NCBI GenBank assembly: GCA_964460175.1
Contig: CAYWPN010000002.1
Location: forward strand, 127,145-191,144
Length of the DNA stretch: 64,000 nucleotides
From: an uncultured Alistipes sp.
GTDB taxonomy: Bacteria > Bacillota > Clostridia > Oscillospirales > Ruminococcaceae
Direction of reading: 5' to 3'
The notes under the pieces are model-generated. The model had not been told where the DNA came from, made no database searches, and worked only from the letters and a program-made list of their open reading frames with translations. Of this stretch, positions 53,453 through 62,876 are shown in pieces (within the stretch, counting starts at the first letter, position 1; the number at the start of each line of letters is the position of its first letter). The translations under genes and the position numbers were made by a program.

Positions 53453-54232
53453 CTAATTCTCCTCATTATTTTCCTGAACAACGGTTGTCGTTGTCGTTGA
53501 CGAATTATAATCCGGCACTGTGCTTCTGAAGTCTTTAATCTCGCCGAGAATATATTTCTGGAGCATTACCATATCGGCAACATTGACTTCACCGTCGTCA
53601 TTGACATCTGCCCTGTAGTCGTAATCGCCGTACATTACAGCCTCAAAATACTTTTTGCGCATTTCAATCATGTCAAACACGTCAATCCTGTTGTCGCTGT
53701 CAAGGTCGCCCTTCCACGCAATCGGCGGACCATAGACAGGAACAGTAGGAACAGTCATAGTTTCAGTCGGCATAGTTGTCGTCCAGAACGGCGCAGGACC
53801 ATAAACAGCCGCAAAAGTAGTCTCAGTCTGTTTCGGATTATAGTCCTCAACAGATGTAGTAACCTGCGATACAGGCGGACCATAGACAGCCACAAAAGTA
53901 GTTTCAGTCTGCTTCGGATTATAGTCCTCAACAGATGTAGTGACCTGCGATACAGGCGGACCATAAACAGCCGCAAAAGTAGTCTCAGTCTGCTGCGGGT
54001 CGTAATCTGTGTCGACAGGGGCAGTTGTCCAGTAAGGTGCAGGACCATAGACGGGCTGAGGTATTGTAGTCTCCGCTATTGTCGTGACAGGCGAAAAACC
54101 GTAAACATTTCCGGACGCTTCACCGCTTGGACTGTAGTCAGCATTTGCAGTTTCTGCCGTTCCCGTCGGGAGAGTACCCATAGCAACTGCAAACATCGCC
54201 GCAGTCATCAGGGTTTTTACATTTTTTTTCAT
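53453..54232 (-). CDS. Secreted, cysteine-free VYGP-repeat protein with a C-terminal dockerin and a Thr-rich acidic tail (259 aa)
   Basis: Start at MKKNVKTLMTAAMFAVAMGTLPTGTAETANA (AAAGGAAG RBS). Six V-Y-G motifs. 27-aa tandem repeat (A/V)AVYGPPVSQVTTSVEDYNPKQTETTF. Dockerin GDLDSDNRIDVFDMIEM...ADVNDDGEVNVADMVML. Confidence 0.85.
   Translation of the reverse strand: MKKNVKTLMTAAMFAVAMGTLPTGTAETANADYSPSGEASGNVYGFSPVTTIAETTIPQPVYGPAPYWTTAPVDTDYDPQQTETTFAAVYGPPVSQVTTSVEDYNPKQTETTFVAVYGPPVSQVTTSVEDYNPKQTETTFAAVYGPAPFWTTTMPTETMTVPTVPVYGPPIAWKGDLDSDNRIDVFDMIEMRKKYFEAVMYGDYDYRADVNDDGEVNVADMVMLQKYILGEIKDFRSTVPDYNSSTTTTTVVQENNEEN
53537..53713 (-). other. Dockerin module (third, divergent sequence type)
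   Basis: DLDSDNRIDVFD and DVNDDGEVNVAD Ca-binding-loop-like segments separated by about 25 aa. Confidence 0.7.
53796..54010 (-). repeat. 81-bp in-frame tandem repeat, about 2.6 copies
   Basis: Units 53796-53876 and 53877-53957 differ at about 5 of 81 positions. A third partial unit from 53958 diverges after about 45 nt. Confidence 0.9.
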
Positions 54233-54273
54233 AGTATGCACTTCCTTTCAGAATTCTGTGATTAAATCACTCT

Positions 54274-54301
54274 ATAATATAAATGTCGGAAAATCTGTCA
54301 C
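54274..54301 (-). promoter_or_regulatory. Candidate promoter of the dockerin-repeat / rSAM operon
   Basis: Minus strand reads GTGACA - 16 nt - TATTAT, about 40 nt upstream of the start codon. No convincing terminator follows uvrA, so read-through is also possible. Confidence 0.4.
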
Positions 54302-54366
54302 TTTTTTCTGTTTCAAGGGAAGTTTGTATAAATGTACAAAATTAAACAGTAATATTTGTAATAATA

Positions 54367-57186
54367 TTACAGATATTTTTTCAGATATTTTCCGGTATAG
54401 GATTTCTCACATTCCGCAACCTCTTCGGGAGTACCTTGTGCAACAACAGTTCCTCCGCCGTCTCCGCCCTCTGGTCCTAAGTCAATAATATGGTCGGCTG
54501 ACTTTATCACATTCAGGTTATGTTCAATTACAAGAACAGTGTTCCCCTGATTTGTGAGTTCCTGCAACACGTCAATCAGCTTGTGAACGTCTGCCGTATG
54601 CAGTCCCGTCGTTGGTTCGTCGAGAATATATATAGTCTGTCCTGTTGAACGCTTTGAAAGTTCAGTCGAAAGTTTTACACGCTGTGCCTCGCCGCCTGAC
54701 AGAGTAGTTGCAGGCTGACCGATTTTGATATAACCCAGCCCGACTTCCTGCAAAGTTTTCAGTTTACGTGCAATTTTCGGCAGATGTTCAAAAAATTCCA
54801 CACCCTCATCAACAGTCATTTCAAGCACATCATAAATCGACTTGCCTTTGTAGTGTACTTCCAGTGTCTCACGGTTATAACGTTTACCCTTGCACACTTC
54901 ACAAGGAACATAAACATCAGGCAGAAAGTGCATTTCGATTTTAATAATGCCGTCACCCTCACAGGCTTCACACCGTCCGCCTTTGACATTAAAACTGAAA
55001 CGTCCGTTTGTGTAACCTCTTGCCTTTGCGTCGGGGGTTTTGGAAAATAAATCACGGATATCACTGAAAACTCCTGTATAAGTTGCAGGATTTGAACGTG
55101 GAGTTCGTCCTATCGGCGACTGGTCTATACAGATTACCTTGTCGAGATTTTCAAGTCCCTCAATCTTTTCAAAATCACCCGCAAAAGTTTTTGCACGGTT
55201 CAGTTTTGCGGCAAGATGTTTATATATAATCTCGTTGACAAGCGACGATTTACCGCTTCCCGAAACACCCGTCACGCAGATAAATTCTCCGAGTGGAATT
55301 TTAACATCAATATTTCTGAGATTGTGTTCCTTTGCGCCTTTTACTGTCAGGAACTTTCCATTGCCCTGCCGTCTGCTTACGGGTACAGGGATTTTTTTCT
55401 TACCGCTGAGATATTGTCCTGTGATGGATTTTCTGCACTTCAGGAGTTTGTCAACAGTACCCGAAAAAACAACTTCACCGCCGTTCACGCCTGCTCCCGG
55501 ACCTATATCGACGATATAATCAGCCGCAAGCATCGTATCATCGTCATGCTCGACGACAATCAGCGTATTGCCCAAATCCCTGAGACGTTTGAGAGTAGCA
55601 ATAAGCTTGTCGTTGTCACGCTGGTGCAGACCAATGCTTGGCTCATCGAGAATATACAGCACGCCCACAAGCGACGAGCCAATCTGTGTGGCAAGACGTA
55701 TTCTCTGACTTTCCCCGCCCGAAAGAGTACCCGAAGAACGTGAGAGGGTGAGATATTCAAGTCCAACACTGCTGAGAAAGCCGAGACGGTCTTTGATTTC
55801 CTTGATAATCCGTTCACCTATGAACTTTTCGTGTTCGGACAGTTCAAGATTATTGAAAAACTCAAGTTCGTCACGCACAGACATATCAGTCAGTTCACTG
55901 ATATTCTTTCCGCCTACTGTTACTGCAAGATACTCAGGTTTAAGACGTTTTCCCTTGCATTCCGGACAACTTGTTTCAGTCATGCAGTCCTCAATTGCAG
56001 CTTTGGAATAGTCACTTCCGCTTTCACGGTAACGTCTTTCGAGGTTGTGAATAACTCCCTCAAACGTAGTCCTGTACTTCCCACCGCCTAAACTTTCGGG
56101 ACGGCGCATTTCAAGTTTTTCTTCACCTGTACCGTACAGGAAAATATCAAGCTGTTCCTTTGTGAGTTCCCTGACAGGCACATCAAGCGGAATATTGTAT
56201 TTCTTTGAAATCGCCTTATAGTACATCATTGCAATAGACGTTTCGTCAAGACTATTCCAGCCGTGAGCAGTTATAGCACCGTCAAGAATTGACAAATCTC
56301 TGTTCGGAACAATTGTTTTTGCCTCAATCTGCCTGAACATTCCGAGACCCGTACACTTCGGACAAGCTCCCATAGGATTGTTAAAAGAAAATACAACCGG
56401 TTCAAGTTCGCCGATACTTATATTATGTTCAGGACAGGCGAAATTCTGCGAAAACATCATCTCTTCACCGCCGATGACATCCACAATTGCAAGTCCGTTC
56501 GTAAGTTTGAATACAGTTTCGAGACTGTCAGTCAGACGTGTTTCAATCCCTTCTTTCACGATAAGCCTGTCAACAATTATTTCGATGTCATGCTTTTTAT
56601 TCTTGTCAAGCTTTATCTCTTCTGTGAGTTCATAGTCTATGCCGTCAATCCTTGCACGGACAAATCCCGATTTTCTTGCGTTTTCAAGTTCTTTTGCATA
56701 CTGTCCTTTACGTCTGCGTACAATAGGAGCAAGCAGTCTGATTTTAGTCCTTTCGGGGAGCGACATAATTTTGTCAACCATCTGGTCGATAGTCTGCTGA
56801 GAAATCTCACGTCCGCAGACCGGACAGTGCGGTATACCTATTCTTGCGTAAAGCAGACGGAGATAGTCATATATTTCAGTAACCGTGCCGACTGTTGAAC
56901 GTGGATTTTTGGAAGTTGTTTTCTGGTCGATTGAAATTGCGGGTGAAAGTCCCTCAATGCTGTCCACGTCGGGCTTTTCCATCTGTCCGAGAAACATACG
57001 TGCATACGACGAAAGACTTTCCACGTAACGCCTCTGACCGTCCGCATAGATAGTATCGAACGCAAGCGATGATTTTCCCGAACCCGACAAGCCCGTCATG
57101 ACAATAAGCTTGTCTCTCGGAAGTTCAACATCGATATTCTTTAAATTATTTACCCTTGCGCCCCTGATAATTATTTTATCCGTCAT
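54367..57186 (-). CDS. uvrA: Excinuclease ABC subunit A
   Basis: 939 aa. Two ABC modules ([18 protein letters not shown]; [16 protein letters not shown]) and zinc-finger Cys pairs. Confidence 0.97.
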   Translation of the reverse strand: MTDKIIIRGARVNNLKNIDVELPRDKLIVMTGLSGSGKSSLAFDTIYADGQRRYVESLSSYARMFLGQMEKPDVDSIEGLSPAISIDQKTTSKNPRSTVGTVTEIYDYLRLLYARIGIPHCPVCGREISQQTIDQMVDKIMSLPERTKIRLLAPIVRRRKGQYAKELENARKSGFVRARIDGIDYELTEEIKLDKNKKHDIEIIVDRLIVKEGIETRLTDSLETVFKLTNGLAIVDVIGGEEMMFSQNFACPEHNISIGELEPVVFSFNNPMGACPKCTGLGMFRQIEAKTIVPNRDLSILDGAITAHGWNSLDETSIAMMYYKAISKKYNIPLDVPVRELTKEQLDIFLYGTGEEKLEMRRPESLGGGKYRTTFEGVIHNLERRYRESGSDYSKAAIEDCMTETSCPECKGKRLKPEYLAVTVGGKNISELTDMSVRDELEFFNNLELSEHEKFIGERIIKEIKDRLGFLSSVGLEYLTLSRSSGTLSGGESQRIRLATQIGSSLVGVLYILDEPSIGLHQRDNDKLIATLKRLRDLGNTLIVVEHDDDTMLAADYIVDIGPGAGVNGGEVVFSGTVDKLLKCRKSITGQYLSGKKKIPVPVSRRQGNGKFLTVKGAKEHNLRNIDVKIPLGEFICVTGVSGSGKSSLVNEIIYKHLAAKLNRAKTFAGDFEKIEGLENLDKVICIDQSPIGRTPRSNPATYTGVFSDIRDLFSKTPDAKARGYTNGRFSFNVKGGRCEACEGDGIIKIEMHFLPDVYVPCEVCKGKRYNRETLEVHYKGKSIYDVLEMTVDEGVEFFEHLPKIARKLKTLQEVGLGYIKIGQPATTLSGGEAQRVKLSTELSKRSTGQTIYILDEPTTGLHTADVHKLIDVLQELTNQGNTVLVIEHNLNVIKSADHIIDLGPEGGDGGGTVVAQGTPEEVAECEKSYTGKYLKKYL

Positions 57187-57192
57187 TTCAGA

Positions 57193-57735
57193 TTAACCTC
57201 GCTTTATAATATCTCTTACTTCCATAAGGCAGAAACCAAGAAGATTTTCGCCGTCCCAGAGATTAGGATTTTCGCAGTAAGATTTCATGCCAATTCCCCA
57301 TATTTTATCATACGGGCTTGCCTCGACAAGTACTCTGCTGTTTGTATTAAGTATAAATTCTTTAAGTTCCTCATTCTGCGAAAACTTTGCAACATTGCCC
57401 TTTATGACAATATCAGTCTTGTGCTTATCCCATATTTTTTCGTCAAACCCCGATATTTTCCGTCCCAGCGACTTGAATTCATTCGGGTGTGAAGCTTTCA
57501 TAATTTCACTGTATATTTTTTTGTCACCGAAAAGAAGTGCTTTCTGCGACATCATGTACTGTTCGGCCGTAGAGTACTCCACACCGTCCACAGTGAAACG
57601 GCAGTCAAACCACTGACTGAAACAGCTTTTTGTAATACTTCCGTCTGCGGACGGTCTGTGACCCCAGAAAAATATATATTTCATGCGTTCACCGTTATTA
57701 AATCTTTTTACTATTATATCCCTCGTGTAGTTCAT
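57193..57735 (-). CDS. NADAR (YbiA/DUF1768) family protein
   Basis: [27 protein letters not shown] and [14 protein letters not shown] motifs. Sits 2 nt after the uvrB stop and 6 nt before the uvrA start. Confidence 0.88.
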   Translation of the reverse strand: MNYTRDIIVKRFNNGERMKYIFFWGHRPSADGSITKSCFSQWFDCRFTVDGVEYSTAEQYMMSQKALLFGDKKIYSEIMKASHPNEFKSLGRKISGFDEKIWDKHKTDIVIKGNVAKFSQNEELKEFILNTNSRVLVEASPYDKIWGIGMKSYCENPNLWDGENLLGFCLMEVRDIIKRG

Positions 57736-57737
57736 AA

Positions 57738-59699
57738 TTATTCCCCTTTCAGTTCGTTAATCTTGTCACGCAGATAAGCAGCGTGTTCAAATTCCAGCAT
57801 TTTCGCCGCATTTTTCATCTCAACAGTAAGTCTGTCGATAAGCTGTTGTCTTTCAGCAGCGGTCATCTTCTTCTTACTTGTTTTCGTCTCGACTTTATTT
57901 CTTGATGTGATTTCAAGCACATTGCGGACTTCCTTTATGATAGTTTTCGGGACTATGCCATGTTCCTCATTGAATTTAATCTGCAAACTCCGACGGCGTT
58001 CAGTCTCAATAATGGCACGTTCCATTGAACCCGTAACGCTGTCAGCGTACATGATAACCTGTCCGTTTGCATTACGTGCGGCACGTCCTATCGTCTGAAT
58101 GAGAGAAGTCTCACTTCTGAGGAAACCCTCTTTGTCAGCATCGAGAATAGCAATAAGACTGACTTCCGGAATGTCAAGTCCTTCACGGAGCAGGTTAATT
58201 CCCACAAGAACATCAAACACACCATTCCGCAAGTCCCTGATAATCTCCATACGTTCAATTGTATCAATATCATGGTGCAGATAGCGGATTTTTATTCCCA
58301 TTTCGTCATAATAAGCAGTCAAATCCTCCGCCATTTTCTTTGTCAGAGTAGTAATAAGCACACGTTCTTTTCTGTCAATTCTTTTATTTATTTCAGAATA
58401 GAGGTCATCAATCTGATTTGCTGTGGGCTTGACGATTACTTCAGGGTCAACCAGTCCGGTCGGGCGGATAAGCTGTTCAATGATTATATCGGTCTTTTCA
58501 CGCTCAATCTGCCCCGGAGTTGCACTTACATAAATTGCCTGATTTATCCTCTCATTAAACTCATCAAAATTCAGTGGTCTGTTGTCATAAGCACTAGGCA
58601 GTCTGAAACCATAATTAATAAGGTTATCTTTTCTTGCCTTATCGCCGGCATACATTCCACGCACCTGCGGTAAAGTAACATGACTTTCGTCAACAATAAG
58701 CAGAAAATCTTTCGGGAAATGGTCGAAAAGTGTAAGAGGACTGCTCCCTGCGGGTCTTCCCGAAAGCACACGGGAATAATTTTCAACGCCGCTGCAATAG
58801 CCTACTTCACGTATCATCTCCATGTCATAGTGAACACGCTCCTTGATACGCTGTGCTTCGATAAATTTGTTATTCTGCTCAAAATAGCTGATACGTTCTG
58901 CAAGTTCCCTGTCGAGTTCTTTCATTGCAGCTTCAATTTTGTCATCGCTTACTATATAATGTGATGCAGGGAAAATAGCCGTATGTGAAACAGTCGCCTT
59001 TACTTCGCCAGTAACCGCATTTATTTCGGAAATCCTGTCTATTTCGTCGCCGAAATATTCAACTCTTATAGCCGTTTCGTTGGACATGGCAGGGAAAATC
59101 TCCACAACGTCGCCACGCACACGGAATTTATTGCGCTCGAATGCAATATCGTTTCTCTCATAGCGGATTTTTATGAGTTCAGCAATAAGCTGTTCCCTTG
59201 ATTTTTCCATTCCCTGACGGATAGAAACAACATTTGAACGGTATTCCTCAGGACTTCCCAGAGAATAAATGCACGATACACTTGATACGATTATAACGTC
59301 CCTGCGCTCCGCAAGTGCAGTGGTTGCGGAATGACGGAGTTTGTCTATTTCGTCATTTATCGCCGAAACTTTCTCAATATAGCTATCCGTACTTGCAATA
59401 TACGCTTCGGGCTGATAGTAGTCATAGTACGAAACGAAGTACTCGACAGCATTTTCAGGGAAAAATTCCTTGAACTCAGCACATAACTGTGATGCAAGTA
59501 CTTTATTGTGTGCGAGTACAAGAGTTGGCTTGTTTACCTGTGCAATGACATTCGCCATAGTAAAAGTCTTTCCTGAACCCGTCACGCCAAGAAGTATCTG
59601 TTCTTTTTTTCCCGATTTCAAGCCGTCCACGAGTTTTTCTATTGCTTGTGGCTGGTCACCTGCGGGTGCGTATTCGGAATGAAGTCTGAAACGTTCCAT
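57738..59699 (-). CDS. uvrB: Excinuclease ABC subunit B
   Basis: Start at [28 protein letters not shown] Walker A, DESH box, and C-terminal UVR domain ([15 protein letters not shown]). Confidence 0.97.
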   Translation of the reverse strand: MERFRLHSEYAPAGDQPQAIEKLVDGLKSGKKEQILLGVTGSGKTFTMANVIAQVNKPTLVLAHNKVLASQLCAEFKEFFPENAVEYFVSYYDYYQPEAYIASTDSYIEKVSAINDEIDKLRHSATTALAERRDVIIVSSVSCIYSLGSPEEYRSNVVSIRQGMEKSREQLIAELIKIRYERNDIAFERNKFRVRGDVVEIFPAMSNETAIRVEYFGDEIDRISEINAVTGEVKATVSHTAIFPASHYIVSDDKIEAAMKELDRELAERISYFEQNNKFIEAQRIKERVHYDMEMIREVGYCSGVENYSRVLSGRPAGSSPLTLFDHFPKDFLLIVDESHVTLPQVRGMYAGDKARKDNLINYGFRLPSAYDNRPLNFDEFNERINQAIYVSATPGQIEREKTDIIIEQLIRPTGLVDPEVIVKPTANQIDDLYSEINKRIDRKERVLITTLTKKMAEDLTAYYDEMGIKIRYLHHDIDTIERMEIIRDLRNGVFDVLVGINLLREGLDIPEVSLIAILDADKEGFLRSETSLIQTIGRAARNANGQVIMYADSVTGSMERAIIETERRRSLQIKFNEEHGIVPKTIIKEVRNVLEITSRNKVETKTSKKKMTAAERQQLIDRLTVEMKNAAKMLEFEHAAYLRDKINELKGE

Positions 59700-59729
59700 A
59701 AAAATCACGCCTTTCGATAGTATACTTCT

Positions 59730-59758
59730 ATTATACCACACTGCAATACAAAAATAAA
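59730..59758 (-). promoter_or_regulatory. Candidate extended -10 promoter for uvrB
   Basis: Minus strand reads TTTATT - 17 nt - TGgTATAAT. The -35 is weak. Confidence 0.35.
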
Positions 59759-59794
59759 GAGGGAGAACATATTTTCTTATTTTAATCAAATAAA

Positions 59795-59820
59795 AATCCC
59801 GACTTTTTGCGGTCGGGATT
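59795..59820 (-). terminator. Terminator after the galE / small Cys-rich ORF unit
   Basis: AATCCCGAC/GTCGGGATT 9-bp stem flanked by A and T runs on both sides. On the minus strand it is followed by TTTATTTG. Confidence 0.75.
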
Positions 59821-59826
59821 TTTTTA

Positions 59827-60063
59827 TTATTTCGTATCTAAATTTATAATTTCTCCTGAAACTTTATCTTTAAGATAATTTCCGTATTTATCAATATCAT
59901 ATTTCTGATTACAGCATTCACAGTCAATTGAATATTTGTAGTCGCAACATCCCCATGTAGTCTCGGTTTCAAAAACATCCCACACTGATTTTAATATTCT
60001 GCCTTTTCCGCACGGACATAATCCGATTGCAATTTCGCTTCTAAAATTTCTCATAAATCCCAT
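59827..60063 (-). CDS. Small Cys-rich hypothetical protein (78 aa)
   Basis: CPCGKG...[15 protein letters not shown]. Starts 6 nt after the galE stop. No family recognised. Confidence 0.55.
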   Translation of the reverse strand: MGFMRNFRSEIAIGLCPCGKGRILKSVWDVFETETTWGCCDYKYSIDCECCNQKYDIDKYGNYLKDKVSGEIINLDTK

Positions 60064-60069
60064 GATAAA

Positions 60070-61089
60070 TCAACCTCTGTAGCCGTTGGGATTATTCTTC
60101 TGCCAGTTCCAGCTGTCACGGCACATATCCTCAAGAGTGCGCTCAGTTTTCCAGCCGAGGACTTTCCACGCCTTGTCCGCATTTGCATAGCACTCCGCCA
60201 AATCACCCTCACGACGTGCGCCGTAAACGTGGTTTACCTTAACGCCATTGACCTTTTCAAAAGTATCAACAATTTCCGTAACGCTGTAAGGTGTGCCAGT
60301 ACCGAGATTGAAAATCTCAACGCACTTGTTTTTCATGATATAGTCAATTGCCTTGACGTGACCGATTGCAAGGTCTGTAACGTGGATATAGTCTCTTGTG
60401 CAGGTTCCGTCGGGAGTAGGGTAATCGTTGCCGAAAATAGTAAGGCACTCACGCTTGCCGACTGCAACCTGTGAAACGTATGGCATGAGGTTATTCGGAA
60501 TACCCTGTGGGTCTTCGCCGATAAGACCGCTTTCGTGTGCACCTATAGGATTGAAGTACCTGAGAAGGATAACGGAAAGTTCACTGTCAGCCTTTGCAGC
60601 GTCTTCAAAAATCTGTTCCATCATGGCTTTAGTCCAGCCGTAAGGATTGGTACATACTCCCCTCTTCATTGTCTCAAAGTACGGCACAGGATTTTCCTCG
60701 CCGTAAACAGTCGCACTTGAAGAGAAGATAATATTTTTAACATGACATTCCTGCATACATTCAAGCAGAGACAATGTTGTATCGATGTTGTTTCTGTAGT
60801 ACATAATCGGCTTACGGACTGACTCGCCGACTGCTTTAAGTCCTGCAAAATGGATAACAGCATCGATTTTATTTTCCGCAAAGACTTCTGAAAGCTTGTC
60901 CTTGTCTTTTATATCGAGTTCGTATGATTTGATTGACTTGCCTGTAATCTGTTCAACTCTGCGGACAGCCTCCGGAGAACTGTTGGAGTAGTTGTCCGCA
61001 ATAATAACATCATATCCTGAATTAAGCAATTCAACAGCAGTATGTGAGCCGATATAGCCTGCTCCGCCTGCAAGAAAAACTGTAGCCAT
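60070..61089 (-). CDS. galE: UDP-glucose 4-epimerase
   Basis: GGAGYIGSH N-terminus, YGWTK (YxxxK), typical 339-aa length. Confidence 0.93.
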   Translation of the reverse strand: MATVFLAGGAGYIGSHTAVELLNSGYDVIIADNYSNSSPEAVRRVEQITGKSIKSYELDIKDKDKLSEVFAENKIDAVIHFAGLKAVGESVRKPIMYYRNNIDTTLSLLECMQECHVKNIIFSSSATVYGEENPVPYFETMKRGVCTNPYGWTKAMMEQIFEDAAKADSELSVILLRYFNPIGAHESGLIGEDPQGIPNNLMPYVSQVAVGKRECLTIFGNDYPTPDGTCTRDYIHVTDLAIGHVKAIDYIMKNKCVEIFNLGTGTPYSVTEIVDTFEKVNGVKVNHVYGARREGDLAECYANADKAWKVLGWKTERTLEDMCRDSWNWQKNNPNGYRG

Positions 61090-61122
61090 AAAAAATCCGC
61101 CTTTCAGTCAGCCCTCTGAGCT

Positions 61123-62649
61123 TTAATTTATATTATTTTTCATTTTATTCATTTCCATTCTGTTGTAGATTTCGGGAAGAATAAAAGTAGGAACCATGTC
61201 ATGAAGTGCCTTTACAGCGACTTTGACATCATTTTCGAGTGCAGCGTCTCTGAGGTTACTCAGACGTCTGCCAAAAGTTGTATTGTCAATTTCAATCTGT
61301 CTGCCGATGAAAATCAGCTTGTTTTTTGTTTTGGTGAGACCTTCTTCGTTCATAAGGAGTTCCTCTCTGATTTTTTCACCAGGACGCAGACCTGTGAAAA
61401 TTATGTCTATATCCTTATACGGTCTTTTGCCGTACTGACGGATAAGATTTTCTGCAAGAGTAACAATCTTGACGGGCTTACCCATATCAAGAACAAATAT
61501 TTCACCGCCGTTTGCAATGGCAGCAGCTTCCATAACAAGACTTACAGCTTCGGGAATAGTCATAAAATATCTTATGACATCAGGGTGAGTGACGGTGACA
61601 GGACCGCCTTTTTCAATCTGCTTCTTGAAAAGCGGTATAACAGAACCGTTTGAGCCGAGAACGTTTCCGAAACGTGTTGTAACAAATTCTGTAGGACCGT
61701 CGTGCTGCTGTGAAAGGTACTGTACAATCATCTCACAGCATCTTTTTGACGCACCCATTACATTAGTAGGATTGACAGCTTTGTCTGTAGAAATCATGAC
61801 AAATTTTTCCACATTGTGAAACTGTGCAAGTGATGCGACATTGAGAGTACCGACAACGTTGTTTTTAATTGCTTCCATAGGAGAACTCTCCATAAGCGGA
61901 ACGTGCTTGTGTGCAGCCGCATGGAACACAATCTGTGGTTTGTAATCCTCGAAAATCTGGTTCATTCGGAAATAATCACGGACGGACGCAATAAGTACAA
62001 TAAAATTCAGCCTGTGACCGTATTCCATAATAAGTTCCTGCTGGATTTCATAAGCATTGTTTTCGTAAATATCTACAATAATAACCTGTTCGGGATTATA
62101 TTTTGCAATCTGCCTTACAAGTTCTGAACCGATTGAACCGCCGCCGCCTGTAACCATACAGCGCTTGCCGTTGATAAAATTACTGATTTCGTTATTGTCG
62201 AACTTTATCGGGTCACGTCCAAGCAAATCTTCGACGTTGATTTCACGCACCTGTTGCAGAATTGTTGCAGTATCGTTAAGAATAAGTGTTCCGATAAACG
62301 GTATAATCTTCAACGGCAGCTTTGTTTCACTGCATATATCAACGATATGCTTACGTTCATTCTCATTAAGTGAAGGAATTGCAAGAATAATCTGTTCAAT
62401 GTCCATTTCCTTTGCAACTCTCTTTATATCATCAGTACCGCCGACAACTTTCACGCCCTCAATTTCCATGCCGAATTTATCGGGGTCATTGTCAATAAGG
62501 CACACAGGGTCAAAAAGTGCAGCAAGTTTATCATCTGAATACGGTGAATTTTTTGCATTTGCGATTTCACTCATAAGCATAGTTGCTGCCGCACCTGCAC
62601 CGATTATCATTGCTCTTATCCCAGTTTTACAGTAGCCCATACCAGTCAA
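61123..62649 (-). CDS. CapD/PglF/FlaA1-like polysaccharide biosynthesis protein (NDP-sugar 4,6-dehydratase/epimerase), lacking the usual N-terminal TM block
   Basis: VTGGGGSIGSEL Rossmann motif, and MISTDKAVNPTNVMGASKR. Probable TTG start at 62649 (GAGAGGAA RBS). Confidence 0.85.
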   Translation of the reverse strand: MTGMGYCKTGIRAMIIGAGAAATMLMSEIANAKNSPYSDDKLAALFDPVCLIDNDPDKFGMEIEGVKVVGGTDDIKRVAKEMDIEQIILAIPSLNENERKHIVDICSETKLPLKIIPFIGTLILNDTATILQQVREINVEDLLGRDPIKFDNNEISNFINGKRCMVTGGGGSIGSELVRQIAKYNPEQVIIVDIYENNAYEIQQELIMEYGHRLNFIVLIASVRDYFRMNQIFEDYKPQIVFHAAAHKHVPLMESSPMEAIKNNVVGTLNVASLAQFHNVEKFVMISTDKAVNPTNVMGASKRCCEMIVQYLSQQHDGPTEFVTTRFGNVLGSNGSVIPLFKKQIEKGGPVTVTHPDVIRYFMTIPEAVSLVMEAAAIANGGEIFVLDMGKPVKIVTLAENLIRQYGKRPYKDIDIIFTGLRPGEKIREELLMNEEGLTKTKNKLIFIGRQIEIDNTTFGRRLSNLRDAALENDVKVAVKALHDMVPTFILPEIYNRMEMNKMKNNIN

Positions 62650-62840
62650 TTAACATTCCTCTCTACTAATATTTTCTCTATTAATGCAATTTTTTCATGC
62701 AGTCATAAAACAGACTGCATTTATACATATTAATTATACTATCTACAGGGAAAAATTTCAAGTCATATTTTCTACAATTTTGAATGAATTTTTCTCTGAT
62801 ATTTCATAAATATTACAAAAAAATTACACAAATATTACAC

Positions 62841-62873
62841 AAAGCGGACATTCCATAACTGAACGTCCGCTTT
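62841..62873 (-). terminator. Terminator after the FtsX-like permease gene
   Basis: AAAGCGGAC/GTCCGCTTT stem with a 15-nt loop, directly after the stop at 62877. Confidence 0.5.
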
Positions 62874-62876
62874 TTA

